Source: Candidatus Limnocylindrales bacterium
GTDB taxonomy: Bacteria > Chloroflexota > Limnocylindria > Limnocylindrales > CSP1-4
Direction: 5' to 3'
Length of the DNA stretch: 64,000 bases
Assembly: GCA_035553915.1 (NCBI GenBank)
Contig: DATMJK010000059.1
Coordinates: forward strand, 5,396 to 69,395
The notes beneath the pieces are model-generated. The model made no database searches. It was given only the letters and a program-made list of their open reading frames with translations, and was not told where the DNA came from. Position 1 is the stretch's first letter; each line of letters starts with the position of its first letter. The translations under genes and the position numbers were made by a program. This document shows positions 53,170 to 64,000 of the stretch, piece after piece.

Positions 53170-55724
53170 CCGACAGCATCGGCAAGGTGATACCCATCCG
53201 CATCGAGGACGAGCTCAAGGGCTCGTACCTCGACTACGCGATGAGCGTCATCGTCAGCCGCGCCCTGCCCGACGTGCGCGACGGCCTGAAGCCCGTCCAC
53301 CGGCGGATCCTGTACACGATGAACGAGATGGGCCTCTCGTCCACGTCCAGCTACCGAAAGTGCGCGGCGATCGTCGGCGAGGTGATGGGCAAGTACCACC
53401 CGCACGGCGACGTGGCCCTCTACGACGCGCTCGTGCGACTGGCCCAGGACTTCTCGATGCGCTACCCGCTCGTCGACGGGCAGGGCAACTTCGGCTCGGT
53501 CGACGGCGATCCCCCAGCCGCGATGAGGTACACCGAAGCGCGGATGACGGCCATCGCCGGCGAGCTGCTGGCCGACATCGACAAGGACACGGTCGACTTC
53601 GTCGAGAACTACGACGGCAGCCGGATGCAGCCGTCAGTGCTGCCGGCCAAGCTGCCCAACCTGCTGGTCAATGGCAGCTCCGGCATCGCCGTCGGGATGG
53701 CGACCAACATCCCGCCGCACAACCTTCGCGAGGTGGCAGACGCGACCATCGCGCTGATCGACGACCCGTCGCTGACCAACGACGACCTGTGCGCGTACGT
53801 CAGCGGCCCGGACTTCCCAACCGGCGCGACGATCTTCCGCTACGAGAAGCGGCGCAATACGCTGACCGGCCAGCACGAGCAGGTCGACGCCATCCGCGAG
53901 ATGTACGCCAGCGGCCGCGGGCGGGTGGTCATGCGCGCCCAGTGCGCCTTCGAGGAGACGCGCAGCGGGCGCATGGCCGTCGTCGTCACCGAGCTGCCCT
54001 ACCAGGTCAACAAGGCCGCGCTGGCCGAGAAGATCGCCGACCTTGTCTCTGGCAAGAAGGTCGAGGGCATCGCCGACCTGCGCGACGAATCGGACCGCGA
54101 CGGTATGCGGCTGGTCATCGAGTGCAAGCGCGACGTCAACCCCCACAAGGTGCTCAACAACCTCTTCAAGCACACCGCCCTGCGCGTCGCTTTCAACATG
54201 AACATGCTGGCCCTCGTCGACGGACAGCCACAGACGCTATCGCTCAGGCAGGTCATCCAGCACCACATCGACTGGCGGCGCGAGGTCGTCCGCCGCCGGA
54301 CCGAGTTCGACCTGGCCAAGGCGCGGGATCGGGCGCACATCCTCGAGGGCCTCAAGATCGCGCTCGATAACCTCGACGCGGTCATCCGCACGATCCGTGA
54401 ATCGGCTGACGTGGACACCGCCCGCAGCCGGCTGATCGAGCGCTTCAGCCTGACCGAGATCCAGGCCAACGCCATCCTCGAGATGCAGCTCCGCCGGCTG
54501 GCGGCGCTCGAGCGCAAGAAGATCGAGGACGAGTACCTCGCCACGATCCAGCTGATCGCCGAGCTGGAAGACATCCTCGCCAATCCGGCGCGGGTGCTGC
54601 GGATCATCAAGGACGAACTCGAGGAAATCGCGAACAAGTACGCCGGGCCGCGCCGGACGCGCGTCGAGGAAGACGCCGATCGCGAGATGACCGACGAAGA
54701 CCTGGTCGCCGACGAGGACGTGGTCGTCACCGTCTCGTCGCGCAGCTACATCAAGCGCCAGCCGCTGGGAACCTACCGTCGCCAGGCCCGCGGCGGGAAG
54801 GGCATCATCGGTGCGACGACGGTCGAGGAGGACGCCGTCAAGCACCTGCTCGTGGCCAACACCCACGACTGGGCGCTGTTCTTCACCAACCGCGGCCGCG
54901 TCTTCAGCAGCAAGGTCCACTACATCCCCGACGCCTCGCGCCAGGCCAAGGGCATCCCGATCATCAACCTCGAGGGCGTGCAGGTCGAGGCCGGCGAGCA
55001 CGTCCTTGCCGTGGCCACGATCCCCAACTTCGAGCAGGGCCACAACATGGTCATGGCCACCCGCCGCGGCGTCATCAAGAAGACGCCGATCGAGCAGTTC
55101 GAGAAGGTTCGCTCGACCGGCATTCGGGCGATCACCGTCGCGGCTGACGACGAGCTGGCCTGGGTCGCCGTCTCGTCTGGCGACGACGATGTCGTGATCG
55201 CCACCTCGCTCGGCCGCATCGCGCGCTTCCACGAGAAGGAGGTGCGGGCGATGGGCCGCGACGCTGCCGGCGTGATCGGCATCCGGCTGGTCAGCGCGCA
55301 GGACCAGGTCGTGGGCATGGGCGTGGTCAAGCCGGGCAACGACATCCTGGTGCTGACAGAGACCGGCTATGGCAAGCGCGTCGCGCTGTCCGAGTTCCGG
55401 CGCATGCATCGCGGCAGCCAGGGCGTGCGGCTGATCTCGCTCGAGGGGGCCAAGACCGGCCATGTCGCGGCCGTGGAGCTGGTCGACGAGAACGACGAGG
55501 AGCTGCTGCTCATCTCGACCGCCGGCCAGATCGTGCGCACCGACGTGCGCAGCGTCAACCGCTACGGCTCACAGGCGCGCGGCGTGATCGTGATGCGTCT
55601 CAATGAGGGTGACAGCGTGGCCGGCATCGCCGTCTTCCGGGCGGGGCTGGCCGAACAGCGCCAGATCGGCGAGAATGACGAGCCCGATGGCGGCCCCGGG
55701 GCTGGGCCGGCCAACAGCCTCTAG
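53166..55724 (+). CDS. gyrA: DNA gyrase subunit A
   Basis: [12 protein letters not shown], the QRDR region [21 protein letters not shown], active-site [10 protein letters not shown], and C-terminal beta-pinwheel repeats. Confidence 0.97.
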   Translation: MTDSIGKVIPIRIEDELKGSYLDYAMSVIVSRALPDVRDGLKPVHRRILYTMNEMGLSSTSSYRKCAAIVGEVMGKYHPHGDVALYDALVRLAQDFSMRYPLVDGQGNFGSVDGDPPAAMRYTEARMTAIAGELLADIDKDTVDFVENYDGSRMQPSVLPAKLPNLLVNGSSGIAVGMATNIPPHNLREVADATIALIDDPSLTNDDLCAYVSGPDFPTGATIFRYEKRRNTLTGQHEQVDAIREMYASGRGRVVMRAQCAFEETRSGRMAVVVTELPYQVNKAALAEKIADLVSGKKVEGIADLRDESDRDGMRLVIECKRDVNPHKVLNNLFKHTALRVAFNMNMLALVDGQPQTLSLRQVIQHHIDWRREVVRRRTEFDLAKARDRAHILEGLKIALDNLDAVIRTIRESADVDTARSRLIERFSLTEIQANAILEMQLRRLAALERKKIEDEYLATIQLIAELEDILANPARVLRIIKDELEEIANKYAGPRRTRVEEDADREMTDEDLVADEDVVVTVSSRSYIKRQPLGTYRRQARGGKGIIGATTVEEDAVKHLLVANTHDWALFFTNRGRVFSSKVHYIPDASRQAKGIPIINLEGVQVEAGEHVLAVATIPNFEQGHNMVMATRRGVIKKTPIEQFEKVRSTGIRAITVAADDELAWVAVSSGDDDVVIATSLGRIARFHEKEVRAMGRDAAGVIGIRLVSAQDQVVGMGVVKPGNDILVLTETGYGKRVALSEFRRMHRGSQGVRLISLEGAKTGHVAAVELVDENDEELLLISTAGQIVRTDVRSVNRYGSQARGVIVMRLNEGDSVAGIAVFRAGLAEQRQIGENDEPDGGPGAGPANSL

Positions 55725-55735
55725 CGGGAGCAGCC

Positions 55736-56836
55736 GTGAGCGCGTTCGGGAGTCGCTCGTCGAGCGCGATCAGCGACCACTACGACCTCTACACCGGTAA
55801 CGCCAACCCTGAGCTGGGCCGCAAGATCGGCCGCTACCTTGGCCGTGAGCTCGGCCGGGCGGAGGTCTTCGAGTTCGCCAACGAGAACATCTTCGTGCGC
55901 ATCGAGGACAACGCGCGCGACCGTGACGTGTTCATCGTCCAGCCCACCTGCCGACCGGTCCAGAAGTCGATCATGGAGCTCCTGATCATGATCGACGCGT
56001 TCAAGCGCGCCAGCGCCGGCCGGATCACGGCCGTCGTGCCGTACTACGCCTACGGCCGGTCGGACAAGAAGGACCAGCCACGGGTGCCCATCACGGCCCG
56101 CCTCGTGGCGGACATGATCAGCGTCGCCGGCGCCGACCGGGTGCTGACGATGGACCTGCACCAGGGCCAGATCCAGGGTTTCTTCTCGATCCCGGTCGAC
56201 GAGCTGACTGCCGTCCACCTGCTGTCCAACTACTTCATCCCCAAGCGCATCGTGGACCCGGTGGTCGTGACCGACCTCGGCTTCGCCAAGCGCGCGCGGA
56301 CCTTCGCCGAGCTGCTCGACGCGCCGCTGGCGGTGATCGAGAAGCGGCGGCCCGGGACCGGCGCCAGCCCGGCCGACCTGGGCAAGGCGGAGCTGCTCAA
56401 CGTCATCGGCGAGGTCCGCGGCCGGCGGGCAATCATCGTCGACGACGAGATCGACACGGCCAGCACGCTGATCGAGATCGTCCGCGCGCTGATCCGCGAG
56501 GGCGTCACGGAGATCTACGCCTGCGCGACGCACGGCGTCCTCTCTGACCCAGCCGTCGAGCGCATCCGCGATTCGGAGCTGGCCGAGGTGGTGATCACCG
56601 ACACGATCCCGCTCTCGCCCTCGCGCCGCCTGCCCAAGCTCAAGGTGCTTTCGGTCGCGCCGCTGATCGGCGAGGCGATCAAGCGCATCCACCGCGGCGA
56701 ATCGGTCGGCGCGCTGTTCTCGAGCGAGCAGCAGCTGGTCCAGGAGATGCTCCTGTGGGACGAGGAGCAGGCTGAGACCACGGCGACCGGGGCCGTGGCG
56801 GCAGGCGCGGCCTCGCCGGTGCATCATCAGCCCTGA
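55736..56836 (+). CDS. prs: ribose-phosphate pyrophosphokinase
   Basis: VPYYAYGRSDKK, DLHQGQIQGFF and IVDDEIDTASTL motifs, with about 45 extra C-terminal residues. Confidence 0.95.
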   Translation: MSAFGSRSSSAISDHYDLYTGNANPELGRKIGRYLGRELGRAEVFEFANENIFVRIEDNARDRDVFIVQPTCRPVQKSIMELLIMIDAFKRASAGRITAVVPYYAYGRSDKKDQPRVPITARLVADMISVAGADRVLTMDLHQGQIQGFFSIPVDELTAVHLLSNYFIPKRIVDPVVVTDLGFAKRARTFAELLDAPLAVIEKRRPGTGASPADLGKAELLNVIGEVRGRRAIIVDDEIDTASTLIEIVRALIREGVTEIYACATHGVLSDPAVERIRDSELAEVVITDTIPLSPSRRLPKLKVLSVAPLIGEAIKRIHRGESVGALFSSEQQLVQEMLLWDEEQAETTATGAVAAGAASPVHHQP

Positions 56837-57072
56837 TGAGCCTCAAGTTGTACCGCCCCGGACCGACGGGGCTCGAGCAGAACCCGGTCCAGGTCCAGAC
56901 CTGGCGCAGCCGGCTGCGCTCGCGTCGCTGGAAGGCCGCGCCGCTCTCGAACCCGGAGATGGAGCCGACCAGCGGCCGCCTTGCCGTCTTCTTCTGGATC
57001 GGGCTGGCCTTGCTGACCTTCATGACCCTGCTCTTCGGCTACGGCATCGGACTGTGGGGGCCCATCACCTAG
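56836..57072 (+). CDS. hypothetical small membrane protein
   Basis: The ATG overlaps the prs stop (ATGA). 78 aa with a basic N-terminal half and one C-terminal TM helix (LAVFFWIGLALLTFMTLLFGYGIGLW). No family recognised. Confidence 0.4.
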   Translation: MSLKLYRPGPTGLEQNPVQVQTWRSRLRSRRWKAAPLSNPEMEPTSGRLAVFFWIGLALLTFMTLLFGYGIGLWGPIT

Positions 57073-57121
57073 CCACGTCCGGCAGGGGCTGATCCGGCCC
57101 CACGCCTATACTTGCCGCCCG

Positions 57122-60058
<2,937 letters not shown>

Positions 60059-60083
60059 GCGCGGACACGCGCCTCGCCGGCTG

Positions 60084-61298
60084 ATGGACGACCTGGCCCG
60101 GCAGTACGTGCTGCTGGCGCTGGCCGCGGGCACGCACTACGAGGGCATCGTCGACGCCTACTACGGGCCGTCCGAGCTGCGCGCCGAGGCGCAGGCCCGG
60201 GCAGGCACGCCGGCGACCATCGCTGTGGCCGCGGCGACGCTCCGTGAACGGCTGACCGGGGCAGTCGAGCCCCAGCGCCGGCGCTGGCTGCATCGCCAGC
60301 TGGTCGCGCTCGAGACGATCATGCGCCGGCTTGCAGGTGACGAGCTGGACTACCTGGAGGAGGTCGAGCTCTGTTTCGACGCCCGTCCGGAACGCACGCC
60401 CGAACATGTCTACGACGAGGCGCACCGGCTGCTCGATGAGCTGCTGCCCGCCGGGCCGAGCCTGCGCGAGCGCGTGGAGGCGCTGAACCTGCGCCTGACC
60501 GTGCCGGTCGCCCAGCTCGAGCCGGTCCTGGATTGGCTCGTCGACGAGATCCGCACCGATTGCGCGCGCCACTTCCCGCTCCCGGTGGGCGAGGCGCTGG
60601 CCGTCCGCCTAGTGACCGACCAGCCATGGTCGGGCTACAACTGGTACGACGGCGACATGCGCTCGCGGGTCGAGATCAACACTGACCTGCCCGTCCAGGC
60701 CCCGAGCCTGATCGCGCTGATCACCCACGAGTGCTTCCCAGGTCACCACCTCGAGCACGCATGGAAGGAGCAGCGGCTCTACCGCGAGCAGGGCCGCGGC
60801 GAGGTCAGCGTGCAGCTGATCAACACCCCCGAGGCGTACATCAGCGAGGGTCTGGCGGAGGTTGGCGGCCGGCTGATCGTCGACCGCCAGCGCTGGCAGG
60901 AGCTGTTCGTCGGCATCTGCGAGCGTGCCGGGATAGAGCTCGGGCCTGGACTCGCGGAGCGGGCCTATGACATCAGCCAGGCCCTGCACGCGCTGCGCGG
61001 CAGTGGCGGCGACGCGTCACTGATGCTCCACGCAGACGGCAGGCCGCGCGACGAGGTACGCAGGTTCGTGGAACGGCGCGCGCTGCGCACGCGCGGGCAG
61101 GCGGAGAAGACGCTCGAATTCATCAGCCACCCGCTGTGGCGGACGTACGTCTTCTGTTATGCCGGTGGCGAGCGGCTGCTCAGCCAGTGGTGTGCCTCCG
61201 CGGGCGACGCCGAGACGCAGCGGGAACGCTTCCTGCGGCTGCTGACCGAGCAGCTGACCCCCTCCGAGATCGCTCAGGACCTCGCAGACGCGGCCTGA
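60084..61298 (+). CDS. DUF885-family putative metallopeptidase-like protein
   Basis: ITHECFPGHHLEHAW matches the HE-x-x-PGHH signature of DUF885. Size is 404 aa. Confidence 0.7.
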   Translation: MDDLARQYVLLALAAGTHYEGIVDAYYGPSELRAEAQARAGTPATIAVAAATLRERLTGAVEPQRRRWLHRQLVALETIMRRLAGDELDYLEEVELCFDARPERTPEHVYDEAHRLLDELLPAGPSLRERVEALNLRLTVPVAQLEPVLDWLVDEIRTDCARHFPLPVGEALAVRLVTDQPWSGYNWYDGDMRSRVEINTDLPVQAPSLIALITHECFPGHHLEHAWKEQRLYREQGRGEVSVQLINTPEAYISEGLAEVGGRLIVDRQRWQELFVGICERAGIELGPGLAERAYDISQALHALRGSGGDASLMLHADGRPRDEVRRFVERRALRTRGQAEKTLEFISHPLWRTYVFCYAGGERLLSQWCASAGDAETQRERFLRLLTEQLTPSEIAQDLADAA

Positions 61299-61334
61299 AA
61301 TGCCGGATTTGGGCATTTCTGCCCAACTTCCCTC

Positions 61335-61363
61335 TTGAGCGCACGCGGCGGCATCGTTACACT
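61335..61363 (+). promoter_or_regulatory. candidate sigma-70-type promoter for the Cys-rich ORF / prfB unit
   Basis: TTGAGC (-35), an exact 17-nt spacer, then TACACT (-10), about 35 nt after the DUF885 stop. A 7-bp hairpin (ccggagg/cctccgg, about 61376-61397) follows. Sequence pattern only. Confidence 0.3.
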
Positions 61364-61459
61364 CGGCAGAACCACCCGGAGGCCGTGCCTCCTCCGGCAA
61401 ACCTGAGGATCCCCGATCGTGCCGCGGGTGTCCGGGTCAGAGAGGGAGTCTCGGTTGCC

Positions 61460-61705
61460 GTGAAGCCCAACCCGGTGGCGGAGGAGGCACTTGCCGGTTC
61501 CGCGCTCGTCGACCTGATTGCGTGCGAGCGTGAGTGCCGGACGTGCAGCTATGCCGCCTCACTCGACTGCGACGGAAATTGCGGCGTCTGCCCGCACAAT
61601 GGATACTGTCCCTGCGTAAACCCCGTCGTCGCACGGAGCAAGACCGCGCTGCGGATCATCGAGCTGCGGCCCCTCCTGCTCCAGGAAGCGCGCTCGCGAA
61701 ACTAG
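61460..61705 (+). CDS. hypothetical small Cys-rich protein (8 Cys, two CX3CX2C motifs)
   Basis: GTG 61460 lies within the tail of track ORF 61136..61705, downstream of GAGGGAG. The 81-aa product is VKPNPVAEEALAGSALVDLIACERECRTCSYAASLDCDGNCGVCPHNGYCPCVNPVVARSKTALRIIELRPLLLQEARSRN. Third-position GC looks gene-like. TAG stop lies 15 nt before the prfB start. Confidence 0.4.
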   Translation: MKPNPVAEEALAGSALVDLIACERECRTCSYAASLDCDGNCGVCPHNGYCPCVNPVVARSKTALRIIELRPLLLQEARSRN

Positions 61706-61720
61706 CCAGAGGACGCCAGC

Positions 61721-62831
61721 TTGGACATCGGAGACCTGCGCGACCTGGCCGAGCGTATCCACGCGACCTCGGGGCGGCTTTGACTTAGCAGCCAAGCGAG
61801 AGCGCCTCGCGGCGCTAGATGAGCAGGCCAGCGCGCCCGACTTCTGGGCTGACCAGCGCGCCGCCCAGCAGGTGCTGCGCAACGCCGAGGGCATGCGCGA
61901 TGAGATCGCCACCTGGCAGTCGCTGACCCAGCGCGCTGACGACCTGCTCGAGCTGGCCCAGCTGGCTGCCGACGGAGGCGAGCACCAGATGCTGGCCGAC
62001 CTCGAGACCGAGCATCAATCGCTGAGCGCGGAGTTCGAGCGCCAGCGGATGAGCCTGATGTTCAGCGGCGAGTACGACGAGCGCGCGGCGATCGTCTCGA
62101 TCAGCGCCGGCGCGGGCGGCACGGAGGCGACCGACTGGGCCGAGATGCTCGTCCGAATGTACCTGCGCTGGGCGGAGCGGCACCGCTTCGCAACCGAGAT
62201 CCTCGATCAGGTCGACGGCGAGGAGGCCGGCCTCAAGAGCGCCACCTTCGCCGTCGAGGGCCGCAATGCCTACGGCCACCTGCGCGCCGAGCGCGGAGTC
62301 CACCGGCTGGTCCGGATCAGCCCGTTCGACTCGCAGAAGCGGCGGCACACGACGTTCGCGCTGGTCGAGGTGCTGCCAGAGGTCGAGGACGATGTCGAGG
62401 TCGGCGAGATCCCGGAGGACGAGCTCAAGATCGACACCTTCCGTGCGCAGGGAGCCGGCGGCCAGCATGTCAACAAGACCGATTCGGCGGTGCGCATCAC
62501 CCACCTGCCCACTGGCATCGTCGCCCAGAGCCAGAACGAGCGCTCGCAGCACCAGAACCGCGAGGTCGCGATGAAGGTCCTGCGCGCGCGGCTGCTCGAA
62601 CGGCTGCTGGAGGAGCGCGAGCGCGAGATGGCGGCGCTCAAGGGCGAGCACGTGGAGGCCGGCTGGGGCAACCAGATCCGCTCATACGTGCTGCACCCCT
62701 ATCAGATGGTCAAGGACCATCGCAGCGGCCACGAGACGAGCAGCACCGGTGACGTGCTCGACGGTGACCTGGATCCGTTCATGCTGGCCGAGCTTGAACG
62801 GCTGGCGACGGCGGACGGGCCCGCGGGCTGA
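61721..62831 (+). CDS. prfB: peptide chain release factor 2 with programmed +1 frameshift: join(61721..61780, 61782..62831)
   Basis: Frame 0 runs from TTG 61721 and encodes MDIGDLRDLAERIHATSGRL, then CTT TGA C. After +1 slippage it reads DLAAKRERLAALDEQASAPDFWADQRAAQQVL..., in frame with track ORF 61872..62831. SPF (RISPFDS) and GGQ ([25 protein letters not shown]) motifs are present. Confidence 0.9.
61771..61784 (+). promoter_or_regulatory. RF2 autoregulatory frameshift site
   Basis: ggggcgg CTT TGA C is an internal SD-like G-run followed by the slippery CUU-UGA-C, identical in logic to the E. coli and B. subtilis prfB site. Confidence 0.8.
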
Positions 62832-62888
62832 CCTGCGGGCGGACCGAATCGGCCCTCGCGCCTAGACTGGGGCCCGTCCCACCCTCAG

Positions 62889-64000
62889 ATGAGCGCATCC
62901 CAAATGTCCGATCACCCACAGGCTCCGAACGGCGAACCGCCGTCCGGGCTGAGCGCGCAGTCCGAGCCCGATCGATCGGCGCCCGCCGGCCGTGCGACCG
63001 TGTACCTCGCGGCCGCGCTGGTGGCCGTCATCGCCGGCAGCGCGCTCTTCGTGTCCGGTTTTGCGCTGGGCCAGCTCCAGGGCTCGACGGCCGGCACGGG
63101 CGATTCGCGGCAGGAGCTGTTCCGGCCGTTCTGGGATGCGTACAACGACATCACCCACAGCTACGTCGGCGAGATCGACGAGCCGGCCCTCGTCGAGGGC
63201 GCGATCAAGGGCGTCTTCGACGCGCTCGGCGACCCGTTCTCGGGCTACATGTCGTCGGACGAGTACCGGGGCGGGCTGAGCCATCTCTCGGGTGAGTTCG
63301 AGGGCATCGGCGCGGAGCTGGCCACGCTCGAGCGCGATGGCAGCGGCTGCGTGACGATCAGCCACACCTGCCGCCTGACGGTCACGCGCGTGCTGCGCCG
63401 CTCGCCGGCGCTGGCGGCCGGGCTGCGCGCAGACGACGTCATCGTCGCCATCGATGGCCGTTCGACGCTCGATTCCAGCCTCGACCTGCTGATCCCAACC
63501 ATCCGCGGCAAGAAGGGCACGTCGGTCACGCTGTCGCTGGACCGTGGCGGTGCAGCGCTCGAGATGTCGATCGTGCGCGACGTCATCCAGACCGAGCACG
63601 TTCGCAGTGACGTCCTGGCCGGCGGCGAAATCGGCTACCTGAAGGTCGACAACTTCAGCTCCGGTGCTGCGCGGGACCTCCACGACCTGCTCAGCGAGCT
63701 GATCGACCAGCGGCGCGTCCGTGGCCTCGTGCTTGACCTGCGCGACGATCCGGGCGGCTACGTGGACGCGGCCCGCCAGATCGCCAGCGAGTTTGTCGCC
63801 ACCAGCCCTCTCTACTGGGAGCAGACCGCGCGCGGCGAGCCGATGGCCATCGAGCCGCAGCCCGGTGGTGCGGCGACAGACCACGGGATCCCGCTCGTCG
63901 TGCTCGTCAACGGTGGAACCGCCAGCGCGAGCGAGATCGTCGCCGGGGCGCTGCAGGGCAGCGGCCGGGCACTGCTCATCGGCCAGAAGACGTACGGCAA
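62889..64000 (+). CDS. carboxy-terminal processing protease (S41 family), 3' end outside window
   Basis: My own translation from ATG 62889 stays open to the window end, so the gene is absent from the ORF track. MSASQMSDHPQ..., a TM anchor (VYLAAALVAVIAGSALFVSGFAL), a PDZ-like region (VTRVLRRSPALAAGLRADDVIVAIDG), LVLDLRDDPGGY, and the catalytic serine motif VNGGTASASEIVAGAL. Confidence 0.85.
   Translation, partial: MSASQMSDHPQAPNGEPPSGLSAQSEPDRSAPAGRATVYLAAALVAVIAGSALFVSGFALGQLQGSTAGTGDSRQELFRPFWDAYNDITHSYVGEIDEPALVEGAIKGVFDALGDPFSGYMSSDEYRGGLSHLSGEFEGIGAELATLERDGSGCVTISHTCRLTVTRVLRRSPALAAGLRADDVIVAIDGRSTLDSSLDLLIPTIRGKKGTSVTLSLDRGGAALEMSIVRDVIQTEHVRSDVLAGGEIGYLKVDNFSSGAARDLHDLLSELIDQRRVRGLVLDLRDDPGGYVDAARQIASEFVATSPLYWEQTARGEPMAIEPQPGGAATDHGIPLVVLVNGGTASASEIVAGALQGSGRALLIGQKTYG

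Noticed and set aside
54237-55463. 408-aa minus-strand ORF inside gyrA. Similar ones sit inside secA (57584..58690, 58730..59989), gyrB (50109..51053, 51381..52226) and the DegS-like genes (10276..11286).
   Set aside because: All are antisense to strongly supported housekeeping genes and have the same Asp/Arg/Leu/Gly/Val shadow composition.
61136-61459. Upstream part of the 189-aa track ORF 61136..61705
   Set aside because: It overlaps the DUF885 gene 3' end in another frame, then crosses the promoter-like and hairpin region. Only the Cys-rich distal part from GTG 61460 looks like a possible gene.
61460-61705. Interpreting the Cys-rich ORF as a WhiB-like protein, a ferredoxin or a radical-SAM enzyme
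   Set aside because: It lacks the WhiB G(V/I)WGG turn and the ferredoxin CX2CX2CX3CP spacing. At 81 aa it is far too small for a radical-SAM fold. It is left as an unassigned small Cys-rich ORF.
62862-63884. 340-aa minus-strand ORF at the right end
   Set aside because: The plus strand here encodes a convincing S41 C-terminal processing protease (PDZ, GGTASASE) that is open to the window edge. The minus ORF is its shadow.

Overview
The window is a very GC-rich (judged by eye, not computed), densely coding stretch of core chromosome. I found no rRNA, tRNA, CRISPR array, transposase or integrase.

Gene content and order point to a high-GC Terrabacteria lineage (Actinomycetota- or Chloroflexota-like). 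I cannot place it more precisely.

Layout from left to right:
- 1-9.1 kb: a glycoconjugate cluster with a PIG-L deacetylase, GT4, a CelD-like GNAT, GT2 and two tandem GT-C membrane transferases.
- 9.1-11.8 kb: a DegS/DegU-like signalling triad.
- 11.9-18.7 kb: a Flp/Tad pilus locus with two flp genes, cpaB, REC-cpaE, cpaF, tadB, tadC and a DUF192 gene.
- 18.6-24.4 kb: assorted genes, namely GT87, comF, nfo, an XRE regulator, a flippase-like membrane protein and a PHP phosphoesterase.
- 24.4-43.2 kb, minus strand: a conserved block of mreB, murA, atpCDGAHFEB plus atpZ, a WecA-like transferase, glyA, tsaC, prmC, a glycogen-debranching-like gene, prfA, a DUF1385 gene, rpmE, rpmA and rplU.
- 43.5-48.2 kb: a J-domain protein, a GntR regulator, and rodA-mrdA-mreD.
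- 48.3-64 kb: a perfect parS site, then parA-parB-gyrB, an AlkD-like gene, gyrA, prs, secA, a DUF885 gene, a small Cys-rich ORF, prfB with its programmed +1 frameshift, and a 3'-truncated S41 protease.

The ORF track misses two features. The S41 protease has no stop codon inside the window, and the track does not show the first frame of prfB.

I do not see a clear-cut novel defence or mobile system. The most unusual items are:
- a DegS-like kinase split into a catalytic mini-kinase and a sensor-bearing pseudokinase, flanking a DegU-like regulator directly upstream of the Tad locus;
- an 8-cysteine small ORF (two CX3CX2C motifs) with its own promoter-like element directly upstream of, and in frame with, the prfB start;
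- an AlkD-like HEAT protein translationally coupled inside the gyrB-gyrA operon;
- the GT4 / PIG-L / CelD-like acyltransferase logic of the glycoconjugate cluster.

All functional calls rest on motif and family recognition by eye. Short-motif coordinates were hand-counted and may be off by 1-2 nt.
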